DNA of 64,000 bases from Sedimentisphaerales bacterium. GTDB taxonomy: Bacteria > Planctomycetota > Phycisphaerae > Sedimentisphaerales > SM23-30. The notes under the pieces were generated by a model. That model had not been told where the DNA came from, did no database searches, and worked only from the letters and a program-made list of their open reading frames with translations. Every line of letters begins with the position of its first letter. Position 1 is the stretch's first letter. Where the stretch lies: contig CAXXMR010000011.1 of the NCBI GenBank assembly GCA_963663805.2, positions 116,511-180,510 of the forward strand, given 5' to 3'. A program made the position numbers and the translations under genes. Shown here in pieces: positions 39,944 to 50,328 of the stretch.

Positions 39944-42076
39944 ATGAATAAAATATTTGTAGTATTACTGCTGTTATTGCTTAGTGTTACTTCGGTTTAT
40001 GCCCAGGATATGACCATCCGGGTTATGTCCTACAATATCCTTTATGGTGCTTATCCGCGTGAGGAGCCTTACGACTGGGACCGGGCGGACGCGATTATTT
40101 CGGCAATAAACTCTTATGACCCGGATGTGCTGTTGCTTCAGGAGTGCAACCAATGGGCCGACACGGGCAATACCCGATTGACGTATTTTGCACTTCAGAC
40201 AGGGATGTCTTACAAGGCTCTGTCCACCAATCACGGCAGTTTTAAGCTGGCGATATTGAGTAAATATCCCATTACGAGTTATACGTTTTTTGACAGTTCG
40301 GTTTATTATTGGTGGAATGTTCTTACCGCCAACATACAACTGGCTCCATCATTTACGCTGCCGATAGCTTCGACACATTTTGGCTGGTGGGGAGCGACTG
40401 ACTATTACTCGATGAGCGAAGAGGAACAGGCCGCGTCTTATGTGGCCCAGAAAGCGGTCCTGATAGACTATTTGCAAAATCGGGTGGATGGCGATTTGAT
40501 TATCGGCGGGGACTGGAATCATTCGGCGTCCTCTATGCCTTTTGGCGAAAGTAATTTGCATGATGACATCGCGGCATTGGGGTATGGCCTGGACGCGTTG
40601 CGGAGGTTTTACCCAAGTCTGAATCCTATTGATAATATTTATGTGAGCCGGTCGGGGAAGTTTGATATTCAGAATTGTTTTAAGGCTTCGGTCGCGGCAA
40701 ACTTGTCGGACCATACGCCGACGGTCGCTGATATCGCGATTACCTTTAATCCTCCGCCGGTAATAACACAAAATCCAGAGTCTGTAAGTGTGGCCCTGGG
40801 TGATACCGCGGTGCTGGATGTGGCGGGTTTGAATATAACGGCTTATGCCTGGCACAAGTCGTCGGACAACAGTAATTCTACGCCGGGAGACGATGTTCAG
40901 GTGGGCGGAGCTGCGGTTTTGTCTGTGGATAATTTTAAACATTCAGATGAAGGTTATTATTATTGTATCGTCAGTAACAGCTATGGAAGTACATATTCTG
41001 ATGTGGTTTCAGCGACCGTCGCGTATGATATTGAGCCGCGGGAATCGCTGGTGGAATCAGGCGGCAGTGTTGCATTTACAGTGTCCTATCTGGCTGATTC
41101 TGATTATGCCTGGTATAAGTCTCAGGATAACAGCACCGAAACCACCGCGGATGATGTGGCGGTGGGTGGTAATTCTCATATCTTAAATCTAACCAATGTC
41201 CAGATGACCAACGAAGGTTATTATTATTGCGTAATCTCCAGAAACAATCTGAACACTGTATCGAAAATGGGTTTTTTGATGACGAAACGGCTGGTAGCTC
41301 AGTGGGGATTTAACAGTTCTCTGAACGAATATATCAGCGGCTATAAAGCTGTAAGCGATGTTACCGCTGTATACGATACCGGCATTGAAGGCAGCGGGGC
41401 TGTGATATTTTCGGGCGACGGAGATGACTATTTGAGAGTCGTATATCGAAAAAAGCTGAATCTGAGCGGTTTTACATTTGTGTTCTGGGCCCAGACCGCT
41501 GCCGGAACGAGCGGAACATCCAGAGTTTTGATAAATAGTCGCAATACTCTGGCTGAAGATTCATCCGGCGTATTGGCATATATCAGGGGAAATGACAACT
41601 GGGCTTATGTACTCAGGACGGGTGATGGCAGCTCCAGTCTTATTGAAGGTTCTCAAGTGCCTGAAGGTCAATGGCAATTTGTCGCTTTGACGTTCGAACT
41701 GAATGAATGGGATAGCGAAAATGCTGTCGGTACCGCTTCGCTTTATGTGGACGGTTTGCTTGTGGGTAGTATGTCAAATGTGTCTTACAGGCCTAATTCC
41801 GCCTCATCAGCGGTTGACATGGTACTGGGCAGCGGCTGGACGGTCGAAAATGGCTATTTCAATCCCTTTAACGGACTGTTGGACGATTTGCGATATTACA
41901 GCTATGCCCTGAGCGGCAGGGAAGTTGCCCAGATTTACGCTGACGCTACTGGTCAGGAGATATGTATGGGAGAACTGGAAATAGATTTTGACAATGACTG
42001 CGATGTTGATATAAATGATTTGGAAATGCTGCTGACCGAGTGGCTTATCAATGGTAATGTATCCTCAAGCAGGTAA
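39944..42076 (+). CDS. Secreted endonuclease/exonuclease/phosphatase (EEP) enzyme with 2 Ig domains, LamG and dockerin-like tail
   Basis: RVMSYNI, DVLLLQE, STH, GGDWN, IDNI, LSDHTP; tail DFDNDCDVDINDLEMLLTEWL. Confidence 0.88.
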   Translation: MNKIFVVLLLLLLSVTSVYAQDMTIRVMSYNILYGAYPREEPYDWDRADAIISAINSYDPDVLLLQECNQWADTGNTRLTYFALQTGMSYKALSTNHGSFKLAILSKYPITSYTFFDSSVYYWWNVLTANIQLAPSFTLPIASTHFGWWGATDYYSMSEEEQAASYVAQKAVLIDYLQNRVDGDLIIGGDWNHSASSMPFGESNLHDDIAALGYGLDALRRFYPSLNPIDNIYVSRSGKFDIQNCFKASVAANLSDHTPTVADIAITFNPPPVITQNPESVSVALGDTAVLDVAGLNITAYAWHKSSDNSNSTPGDDVQVGGAAVLSVDNFKHSDEGYYYCIVSNSYGSTYSDVVSATVAYDIEPRESLVESGGSVAFTVSYLADSDYAWYKSQDNSTETTADDVAVGGNSHILNLTNVQMTNEGYYYCVISRNNLNTVSKMGFLMTKRLVAQWGFNSSLNEYISGYKAVSDVTAVYDTGIEGSGAVIFSGDGDDYLRVVYRKKLNLSGFTFVFWAQTAAGTSGTSRVLINSRNTLAEDSSGVLAYIRGNDNWAYVLRTGDGSSSLIEGSQVPEGQWQFVALTFELNEWDSENAVGTASLYVDGLLVGSMSNVSYRPNSASSAVDMVLGSGWTVENGYFNPFNGLLDDLRYYSYALSGREVAQIYADATGQEICMGELEIDFDNDCDVDINDLEMLLTEWLINGNVSSSR

Positions 42077-42144
42077 TCAGGGTGCTTATTTGTTTATGGC
42101 GTGTTGTAATTCTTACGAATTTTGTAACAAGAAAGGTCAGTTAG

Positions 42145-43050
42145 ATGCAAACCGGGATAATGAACGTTTTTTTTAATGTGGCAATTTTTACCTGTGCAAT
42201 GTTTGCAGAACTGACGTTGGGTGCTGAAATGAATGTGGCAAATGGCAATGACAAGGAAACTCTGCGAGTTATAACCTACAATATCATGAAATTTGAAGGT
42301 TATCCCAAGACCACCGGTTGGCAGGGCTGCCCGGTGTATGAATCTAATGAAACCATATTTAGCCGGGTTCGGGGTCAGATTCCGTTGCGAATCGCTCTGG
42401 AGCTGGCGCTTTATCGGCCTGACATTATTTCATTGCAGGAAGCCAATAGTGAGGAGAAAGTGGCTGAAATAGCTGAGTATTTGGGTATGAATTACGCTTT
42501 CTTCCCCGGTAACGGCAGATGGCCGGGAGCGATATTGACGAAATATAAGATTATTGAACCGAAGCTGGATTCTACCAGCGAAAAGTATGCCGCGCAGGAG
42601 CTGTTCACCCGTCATTGGGGCAGAGTGTATCTGGACGCGGATGGCCAAAAAATAGTTGTGCATACCGTTCATCTTCATCCGGTAGATGGTGAAATACGTA
42701 AAACAGAGATTCAGGAAATTATCAAGACTGTTAAAGCTGATATTGGTACCGGCAATTCCGTTTTGCTCATGGGCGATTTGAATCACCGGGACAATGACGC
42801 TGAGTACAAACTTTGGGTTGAAGGCGGGCTGAAGGATACCGCGATTCTGGCCGGAATAGACTCCAAATACACCGTTCCGAGTACCGGCCCGATGAAGCGT
42901 ATCGATTATATCTGGGCCTGCGGTCCGATTCTTGAAAAGCTGGCTGAGACCAGAGTGCTCAATCGCGGGGCGTTCAAAATGAATTTTGATGACACACCTT
43001 ATTTTGCCTTGAGTGACCATCTCCCGGTCCTGGCAATATTTAACGATTAG
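42145..43050 (+). CDS. Exported EEP-family phosphatase/phosphodiesterase
   Basis: RVITYNI, DIISLQE, HLH, MGDLN, RIDYI, LSDHLPV. Confidence 0.9.
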   Translation: MQTGIMNVFFNVAIFTCAMFAELTLGAEMNVANGNDKETLRVITYNIMKFEGYPKTTGWQGCPVYESNETIFSRVRGQIPLRIALELALYRPDIISLQEANSEEKVAEIAEYLGMNYAFFPGNGRWPGAILTKYKIIEPKLDSTSEKYAAQELFTRHWGRVYLDADGQKIVVHTVHLHPVDGEIRKTEIQEIIKTVKADIGTGNSVLLMGDLNHRDNDAEYKLWVEGGLKDTAILAGIDSKYTVPSTGPMKRIDYIWACGPILEKLAETRVLNRGAFKMNFDDTPYFALSDHLPVLAIFND

Positions 43051-43127
43051 CGTTTTCGCTTGCGTTGGTAATCAAAGTCGTTATTACCACTCTAACAATT
43101 TGCGCAAAATTAAGACAAAGGGATAAT

Positions 43128-44564
43128 ATGAATAGATTTAATATGCGCTTTTACCTGATGGCAATGGTTTTAATGTTCGGCAACATCGCCAATGCCCAAA
43201 AGACTTACAAAACCTGGGACCAGTTCAAATGTTCCGGCCCCGGCCTGAAACAAGTTGGTGTATTGGCGGTTAAACATTCGCGAGAAATATCCTCTTCTGC
43301 CTGGTCGGTTGGTTGTGAAACACTGGACCGTGATTACGGAGATTTCTCGATTTACAAGGATTATGTGGGAGAACTGGGCGTCAAACATGCCCGAATACAA
43401 AGCGGCTGGGCAAAATGCGAAAAGGAAAAGGGTGTCTATCAATTTGAGTGGCTTGACCAGATTGTGAACGGGCTGGTCGAACAGTCAATCGAACCCTGGA
43501 TGTGCCTTTGCTACGGTAATCCACTATATGACTGTGAAGTCAAACTTGGCTCGCAAATATTTACCGACGAACAGACAATGTCGGCATGGCTGAAATATGT
43601 AGAAGTGACGGTAACGCGTTATAAAGATGTGATAAAGGAATGGGAGATTTGGAATGAGCCCGACGGCGGTCAAAACCGGGGGAAAGGCCACGAGGCTTAT
43701 GCCAATCTTCTAATGAAAACCGCGGAAACTATCAGGAAAGTCCAACCAGACGCGATTATCATTGGCATGTCAACAGTCAGGGTCAATCTGAAATATATAG
43801 AGGAAATCCTGGACACCCTCAAGGAGAACGGCAAATTAGATTTGCTTAATTATGTCTGCTATCATCCGTATTATCATAATCCCGACGAAGTTTACGATGA
43901 AGTACAGAGCTTGAGAGGGTTGGTAAAATCTTTCAGCCCTGACCTGAAGTTGTTCCAGGGCGAGTGCGGCTGCCCGTGTATTTTGGAGTATGACCATGCT
44001 CTCAAGTATTATCCGTGGACAGAGATAAGTCAGGCCAAATGGCTGATGCGGCGGATGGCCGGCGACAGGGTTCGCGACATTCGGACTTCCATTTTTACCA
44101 TCATCGATTTGAAATATTCGAATATGCTGCAATCATTTGGATTAATACGCGCTAATCTCTTGCATGAAATCATATATAAACGTCCCTCTTATTACGGCGT
44201 GCAACACATGGTCAGCTTTTTTGACGATAGTGTTATTCCGGTTGGAGAATTGACTTACAAGGCAAAATCCTATCGTGAAATGACAGTGGCTGGTTTTAAG
44301 AAAAATAACAAGCCGGTTCTGCTGGTTTGGTATAATGACCGCGTCCCCGATGATAATTTAACGTGGGATATTGTTGACCTGACTGTTAATGATACAAATT
44401 TCGCGGACCCGATTTACGTGGAAATGGTTTCCGGAAAAGCATATGAGATAAACGGTGTGGATTGGAAAAATCACGGCAGTTCGGTCAAATTCACAAACCT
44501 GCCTGTCTGGGACAGTGTCATAATGATTGCGGACCGTCCTGAGGTCGATTTTGTTACTGAATAA
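43128..44564 (+). CDS. Secreted clan GH-A glycoside hydrolase (GH39/GH5-like)
   Basis: Signal peptide; WEIWNEP acid/base; YHPY; QGECG nucleophile region. Confidence 0.78.
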   Translation: MNRFNMRFYLMAMVLMFGNIANAQKTYKTWDQFKCSGPGLKQVGVLAVKHSREISSSAWSVGCETLDRDYGDFSIYKDYVGELGVKHARIQSGWAKCEKEKGVYQFEWLDQIVNGLVEQSIEPWMCLCYGNPLYDCEVKLGSQIFTDEQTMSAWLKYVEVTVTRYKDVIKEWEIWNEPDGGQNRGKGHEAYANLLMKTAETIRKVQPDAIIIGMSTVRVNLKYIEEILDTLKENGKLDLLNYVCYHPYYHNPDEVYDEVQSLRGLVKSFSPDLKLFQGECGCPCILEYDHALKYYPWTEISQAKWLMRRMAGDRVRDIRTSIFTIIDLKYSNMLQSFGLIRANLLHEIIYKRPSYYGVQHMVSFFDDSVIPVGELTYKAKSYREMTVAGFKKNNKPVLLVWYNDRVPDDNLTWDIVDLTVNDTNFADPIYVEMVSGKAYEINGVDWKNHGSSVKFTNLPVWDSVIMIADRPEVDFVTE

Positions 44565-44583
44565 TAGTCTGCTGGGATACTGA

Positions 44584-45951
44584 ATGATTAAGAATATATT
44601 ACGTTTTTTTTCCTCCGGTCAGGATGCTTCACCGATTGAGGATTCTCAGCAGGTCGATTGTCTTTATAAAAAATGTCGATTGTCGATTTTGATGTCTATT
44701 ACCATTGGCTATGGTTTTTATTACACTTGCCGGCTGGCGTTGTCGGTGGTAAAAAAGCCTTTGATAGACAACGGCATCTTCACGGTTGAAGAGCTGGGTA
44801 CTATAGGTTCGGCGATTTTTTATGGTTATGCGTTTGGTAAGTTGGCCAACGGTTTTTTGGCTGACCATGCCAATGTGCGGAAATTATTTTCAACGGGATT
44901 ACTCCTTTCGGCGCTGGTAAATTTGCTGGTTGGGGTGTTTCCGATATATTGGCTGATTGTAGCTTTGTGGGGCCTGAACGGCTGGTTTCAGGCGTTTGGC
45001 GCTCCTTCGAGTATAATATCTTTGTCGAACTGGTTCAGTAATCGTGAACGGGGACAGTACTACGGCATTTGGAGTTCTTCCCATTCCATTGGTGAGGGTA
45101 TTACCTTTGTTTTAACCGCGGCGCTGGTTAGTTGTTGGGGATGGCGGGCTGGTTTTGTCGGGCCGGGCATTATGGCGATTGTGGTAGCGTTTTTGCTTTA
45201 TGCTTTTATGCGGGACAGGCCCCGGACTGTGGGACTGCCCCCTGTGGCGGATTGGAAAAACGACCACGGTGTCCCCGTGCAGGATGCCGGCACCGCGGCA
45301 GGTGATGAGCATCGCAGGAAAATATCATTGCAACTATCGGTTCTCAAGCGACCGGCACTTTGGGTTTTGGCCCTGGCCAGCGCCAGCATGTACATCAATC
45401 GTTACGCGGTGAACAGTTGGGGCATATTGTATCTTCAGGAAGCCAAGGGTTATTCCCTGATTGAGGCCGGCAGTGTGCTGGGCCTGAATACTATCGCGGG
45501 CATCCTGGGCTGTATCGCTTATGGGTTTATCTCGGACAAACTGTTTAACTCCCGTCGACCACCGGTGACGTTGATATTTGGCCTGATACAGTTTATTTCT
45601 CTTTGCATTATATTTCTATCGCCGTTTAGCGGGAAAATGATACTGACGATTTCTTTTATGGTTTATGGTTTCACCCTCAGCGGTTTATTGGCGGTTATCG
45701 GCGGCCTGTTCGCGGTCGATATAATGCCTAAGCAAGTCTCAGGTGCCGTCTGCGGATTTATCGGCATCAGCAGCTATCTCGGCGCGGCTTTGCAGGAGAA
45801 TATCTCCAGCTATCTGATTGCCGGGGGGGTTGAAATCATCGATGGCGTAAAACATTATGATTTCAGCCAGGCGGTAATCTTCTGGATTTCCTCATCGGTA
45901 ATCTCTATGATTCTGGCAGCGACATTGTGGAAAATTAAGGCCGCCGACTGA
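44584..45951 (+). CDS. MFS organophosphate:Pi antiporter (GlpT/UhpT/PgtP family)
   Basis: GYGFYYTCR; YAFGKLANG; NGWFQ; WFSNRERG; MRDRP..GLP. Confidence 0.88.
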   Translation: MIKNILRFFSSGQDASPIEDSQQVDCLYKKCRLSILMSITIGYGFYYTCRLALSVVKKPLIDNGIFTVEELGTIGSAIFYGYAFGKLANGFLADHANVRKLFSTGLLLSALVNLLVGVFPIYWLIVALWGLNGWFQAFGAPSSIISLSNWFSNRERGQYYGIWSSSHSIGEGITFVLTAALVSCWGWRAGFVGPGIMAIVVAFLLYAFMRDRPRTVGLPPVADWKNDHGVPVQDAGTAAGDEHRRKISLQLSVLKRPALWVLALASASMYINRYAVNSWGILYLQEAKGYSLIEAGSVLGLNTIAGILGCIAYGFISDKLFNSRRPPVTLIFGLIQFISLCIIFLSPFSGKMILTISFMVYGFTLSGLLAVIGGLFAVDIMPKQVSGAVCGFIGISSYLGAALQENISSYLIAGGVEIIDGVKHYDFSQAVIFWISSSVISMILAATLWKIKAAD

Positions 45952-46009
45952 TTAAAGTGATATTTTCGCGTATTGGGCCGGCGATTTTGAAAATCAATGG
46001 GAAGTGTGT

Positions 46010-47641
46010 ATGTCTTTGTCAAAAATAGACATAGTGATTATTTTTCTTTATATCGTGTTTACCTTTTTGATAGGTATCGCGGTATCGAGAAAGAAACACA
46101 ATTCCTTTGAGAATTTTTATCTGGCAGACCGAAAGATGCCCTGGTGGCTTATCGGGTTCTCGATGGCAGCCACGAATTTCTCGATTGATACCCCCTTGGT
46201 AGTGAATAAAATTATTTATGAATATGGCCTGCCGGGAATGTGGTTTCAGTGGAGTAATTTAATATCAGCTATGTTGGTCGCGTTTATTTTGGCTCCTCTC
46301 TGGCGTCGGGCGAACATAATAACCGATGTTGAATTCATCGAATTGCGATACAGCGGCAAGGCCGCCAGTGCGCTAAGGCTTATCAAGGGGATATATTTCG
46401 GCCTTATTCTCAACACGATAATTATGGGCTGGGTATTCATCGCGTTGCTCAAAATTCTGACGCATTTCGCGAATATCGACCCGATGACAATAGCGGTTAT
46501 CGCGGTCCTTTTGGTTTTTATCTATAGCTGCCTGTCTGGTTATCTGGGGATTGCTCTTACTGATACGCTGCAGTATCCGATTGCTTTGGCGGGCAGTTTC
46601 ATGCTCGCTGTTTTTGCGGTCAAAAAGGTCGGTGGGATGAACATGCTGCTCAGCAAGTTAAGTGTGGTCCAGAAGCAGAGCCCGATAGAATATACTTCGA
46701 TGTTTCCAAAATTAGATATGGGTTCTTTTGTGACCCTGTTTGTTTTGAGTTGTTTACTGATTCAATGGTGGTCCAACTATAACGCTGACGGCGGCGGCAA
46801 ACATATCCAACGGATACTATCGGCAAAAAACGAGAAACACGCGGTGGGCGGCGTACTTTTCTTTTCGATAATGACCTATGTGGTGCAGCTCTGGCCCTGG
46901 ATTATTACAGCTCTATGTTCGATAATTCTGCTGAATGACACCACTGACCCAGAAAAAAATTATGCCGTAATTATTTCCGAAGTCTTGCCGGTCGGCTGCA
47001 AAGGATTTGTGTTGGCTGGGCTAATCGGTGCTTTTATGTCAACCATTGACACCCATCTCAATCTGGGAGCTTCCTATATCTCCAGAGATATATATAAACG
47101 TTTTCTGATCAGAAACGGCTCGGAGCATCATTACATAAGAATGTCACAAGTCTTTATGCTGATTATGCTGATTATGGCGGTAATGATTACTTACTGCTCG
47201 GATTCAGTGTTTTCCGTGCTGAAATTTATTCTGGTTTTGAGCAGCGGGACCGGACTGGTAATTATCATGCGCTGGTTCTGGTGGCGCATAAATGTCTGGA
47301 GTGAGCTTTCCGCTATTCTGACATCAAGCATGGCCGCTGTATTTCTGAAGTTGTTTGTTAGCCACTGCCCTTATTATTACCAATTAACAATTAGTGTTCT
47401 GGTCTCAAGTATTGTCTGGATACCCGTAACCTTGCTGACCAGGCCTGTCCAGGAAGCAACGCTGCGTGAGTTCGTTGAACGCTTTAAGCCTTTACCCTTC
47501 GGATGGAGGAAGATTTATGTGAAATATTCTATTGATATGCCTCGGAATCCATTCAGGCCGGTTCTGAATTGGATATTGTCAGTAATTATTTTAGTTGTAA
47601 TTACATTTGTTATAAAATATTTGTTGGTGCGCTCGGCGTAA
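46010..47641 (+). CDS. Sodium:solute symporter family protein
   Basis: FYLADRKMPWW; ATNFSIDTP; EFIELRY; QRILSAK; AFMSTIDT. Confidence 0.9.
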   Translation: MSLSKIDIVIIFLYIVFTFLIGIAVSRKKHNSFENFYLADRKMPWWLIGFSMAATNFSIDTPLVVNKIIYEYGLPGMWFQWSNLISAMLVAFILAPLWRRANIITDVEFIELRYSGKAASALRLIKGIYFGLILNTIIMGWVFIALLKILTHFANIDPMTIAVIAVLLVFIYSCLSGYLGIALTDTLQYPIALAGSFMLAVFAVKKVGGMNMLLSKLSVVQKQSPIEYTSMFPKLDMGSFVTLFVLSCLLIQWWSNYNADGGGKHIQRILSAKNEKHAVGGVLFFSIMTYVVQLWPWIITALCSIILLNDTTDPEKNYAVIISEVLPVGCKGFVLAGLIGAFMSTIDTHLNLGASYISRDIYKRFLIRNGSEHHYIRMSQVFMLIMLIMAVMITYCSDSVFSVLKFILVLSSGTGLVIIMRWFWWRINVWSELSAILTSSMAAVFLKLFVSHCPYYYQLTISVLVSSIVWIPVTLLTRPVQEATLREFVERFKPLPFGWRKIYVKYSIDMPRNPFRPVLNWILSVIILVVITFVIKYLLVRSA

Positions 47642-47708
47642 TCAAATTCTTTTGATTAATGTGGAATGATAGTAAGATAGTTGTATTGAGTAATAGAAAG
47701 AGTTAGAA

Positions 47709-48677
47709 ATGAATTTCAAAATTAAAAATCTCGTTAATGTGCGTATTGTTCTGGCAAACGCTATTATGGTTTTGGCTTGCGTATCGGCCTGTTCTGCTGC
47801 CGAAATCAAACCCGCTCGGACCGATATTCTCAACAGAGAGCTTCGTCAGCCCTATGGCCGGGTAATGGTTGTCGCCCACCGCGGCAATTGGAAACATGCG
47901 CCGGAAAACTCCGTTGCCGCTATTCAGGGATGTATAGCAATGGGAGTTGATATTGTAGAGGTTGATGTCCGCAAAACCCGCGACGGCCAGCTTATCCTGA
48001 TGCACGATGCGACAGTGGACAGGACAACTGACGGGCACGGTAAAATTTCCGAGATGACCCTGGCGGAAATCAAACAGCTCCATCTCAAAGACCACAAAGG
48101 CAATATTACCGACCATCGTGTCCCACTGCTCGAAGAGGCTATGTTAGCTGCCAAAGATACCTGTCTGGTCAATCTGGATAAGATTGGTACCATCATGGAT
48201 GATGCCATGGCAGTACTAAAGAAAACCGGAACCCAAAGCAACGCGCTTATAAAAAGCAATTATCAAACTGATACTGCTGGCAAATTTTTTGATTCAATCG
48301 ATGAGTCAATTAACTATATGCCGGTAATAAAATTTCATGGTCCGGATACTCCGAAATTGGAAGAGTTTTTCTCAATGCTTGATGAACTTCAGGGCAAATG
48401 TGTAGCGGTCGAGCTGGTTTTTGATGACGACCGCCACCCGATAATATCGCCGGAAACCGTGGACATGATTAAAAAACGTGGCTTACGCGTATGGGTTAAT
48501 ACCCTGGACGTTAGATATTCAGGAAGCCACATCGACCCGCTGCCGAATGAAAAACCCCTGGCATGGGACTGGCTGATAAACCGCGGGGTCAACATGATTC
48601 AGACGGATGAACCGCAAAGACTTGTGGAGTATTTGTCTGACGCGGAAGACAAAAAACGGGACTCTAAATTTCCTTAG
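47709..48677 (+). CDS. Exported glycerophosphodiester phosphodiesterase (GDPD)
   Basis: VAHRG, PENS, EVDV, MHDATVDRTT, IQTDEP. Confidence 0.93.
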   Translation: MNFKIKNLVNVRIVLANAIMVLACVSACSAAEIKPARTDILNRELRQPYGRVMVVAHRGNWKHAPENSVAAIQGCIAMGVDIVEVDVRKTRDGQLILMHDATVDRTTDGHGKISEMTLAEIKQLHLKDHKGNITDHRVPLLEEAMLAAKDTCLVNLDKIGTIMDDAMAVLKKTGTQSNALIKSNYQTDTAGKFFDSIDESINYMPVIKFHGPDTPKLEEFFSMLDELQGKCVAVELVFDDDRHPIISPETVDMIKKRGLRVWVNTLDVRYSGSHIDPLPNEKPLAWDWLINRGVNMIQTDEPQRLVEYLSDAEDKKRDSKFP

Positions 48678-49480
48678 CCGCCCTGAGCTTCAAATTTTTT
48701 TATGCCGCGGTCGTAGAGGCTCAGCAGAATTACCCAGAGGGTTATGGCCCAGAAGTATTGGGAACCTACCAGGGTGAGGGATTCTTTGGGGGTGAAGATT
48801 CCGGTGAAAATCCCGCCGGGAATGAAGGCCAGGGAAGCGAAGGGCAAAAACTGCAGGATGTGGCGGACGGCAGGGCTAAAGATTGTCAGAGGAACCATTT
48901 CCCCGCTGAGCAGGTTGTTAATCATGCGATAGAACCGTTCAAGCGGGAAGACGTCGTAGACCCAGAAGCTAAGTATGCCGATGCCCATAAAAATGGCGTA
49001 TTGGGTCATTATGGTGGCGATGATTGAAGCGACGAAAAGTGGAACCATTAGGCCGGCGGGGGTGGGGGCGTTGATGCTCACGGCCAGAACGCTGACCAGG
49101 ACGATACCGGTGGTGCCGGAAATAAGAGGGACTGGCAGATTGCGGAAGAATAGCCAAATTAGATAGTGTATAGGACGGACAAGACGCATGGTCAGATTGC
49201 CGGTGCGGATTTCTTCGTTGATGTCGGTGATGCAGCGGCCGCCGGGTGAGAATACCGCGATGAAACGGATGGTGAGCAGGTAGATTATGAAGGAGGTGCG
49301 GCTAAATCCGCCGATGGTCTCGCGGCCTGAGACCCGGAAAAGCACCATCCAGAGCGAGCCCACCGCGGCGGTCATGACGACGGGGCGGATGAGCTTGAGC
49401 CAGAAATTGACGCGATACTCAGCGAGGTTTTTCATCTGGGTGATGAAAATAATTATATATTTAGCCGCCATTGCTTTCAT
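48674..49480 (-). CDS. ABC-2 family transporter permease
   Basis: EYRVNF; EEIRTGNL..RLVRP; LSGEMVPL; six hydrophobic segments. Confidence 0.85.
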   Translation of the reverse strand: MKAMAAKYIIIFITQMKNLAEYRVNFWLKLIRPVVMTAAVGSLWMVLFRVSGRETIGGFSRTSFIIYLLTIRFIAVFSPGGRCITDINEEIRTGNLTMRLVRPIHYLIWLFFRNLPVPLISGTTGIVLVSVLAVSINAPTPAGLMVPLFVASIIATIMTQYAIFMGIGILSFWVYDVFPLERFYRMINNLLSGEMVPLTIFSPAVRHILQFLPFASLAFIPGGIFTGIFTPKESLTLVGSQYFWAITLWVILLSLYDRGIKKFEAQGG

Positions 49481-50267
49481 AACGTTTCAGGCCTTTTCTC
49501 CAGATGAAGGTAAACAGTTTGATTTGGCAAATTATGATTATCAGCAGCAGGCCCAGCAGACCCAGTGATTGCAGGTTGGTCAGGCTGGTCAGGGCCAAGA
49601 CGGGGATGGTGGCGGAAAATATCAGGGGAATAATAAATGTAAAGACGGCAATAAAGCCGCGCGGAAATTCGCTGAGAGGGTAGTTCTGAAAGACGAACAG
49701 TTCTACAAAAAGGTCGCGGAGAAATTCTGCCTGTCCTATCCAGAAGACGCTCAGGCATATCATGGCAAAAGGCATGAAGGTGGTCAAAAAGCTGAGCAGG
49801 CTGAGTATTGCGGCCAGCAGCACGGAAGTGAAAGTACAGGGCAGGTCATAGATATTAAGGGCCGTGATAATAACGCCCAGGCCCAGCAGAACGCGGGGTA
49901 CGCTGCGGAGGTTTACGCGACGGAAAATAAAATGGAGGAAGGGGTGGATGGGTTTGATGAGGTAACCGTTTAGTTCGCCGCTGAGCACCTCGCGGGGCAG
50001 ACGCCAGACGGCGGAAAATGACATCCAGAACCCGGAGTTGATATTGACGAATCCGGTCAGCAGTACCATCATGGGAAAATTCCAGCGACCGAAATCTCCG
50101 ATTTTGCCGAGCAGGGCTTTCCAGAAAATCAGCCAGACTGCGACGCCGATAAGCTGGTGGAAGATGAAGCTGTAGAAGCTCGCTTTGTATTCCGATTCTC
50201 GCTTCAGGGCGAGGCGGAGGTAGTCGGGTATTATTTTAATGTGCTTTTTTAATGGTGTCGCTGCCAT
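49461..50267 (-). CDS. ABC-2 family transporter permease
   Basis: ATG 50267 after GAGG; EYKASF; SGELNGYLIKP; YPL..FP; ends YESNGG. Confidence 0.85.
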   Translation of the reverse strand: MAATPLKKHIKIIPDYLRLALKRESEYKASFYSFIFHQLIGVAVWLIFWKALLGKIGDFGRWNFPMMVLLTGFVNINSGFWMSFSAVWRLPREVLSGELNGYLIKPIHPFLHFIFRRVNLRSVPRVLLGLGVIITALNIYDLPCTFTSVLLAAILSLLSFLTTFMPFAMICLSVFWIGQAEFLRDLFVELFVFQNYPLSEFPRGFIAVFTFIIPLIFSATIPVLALTSLTNLQSLGLLGLLLIIIICQIKLFTFIWRKGLKRYESNGG

Positions 50268-50328
50268 GCAATCGTCCTCTGGATAGATGATAACCGTGAA
50301 CAGAGGGCAGGGCAACTTTTCTGTGTGG

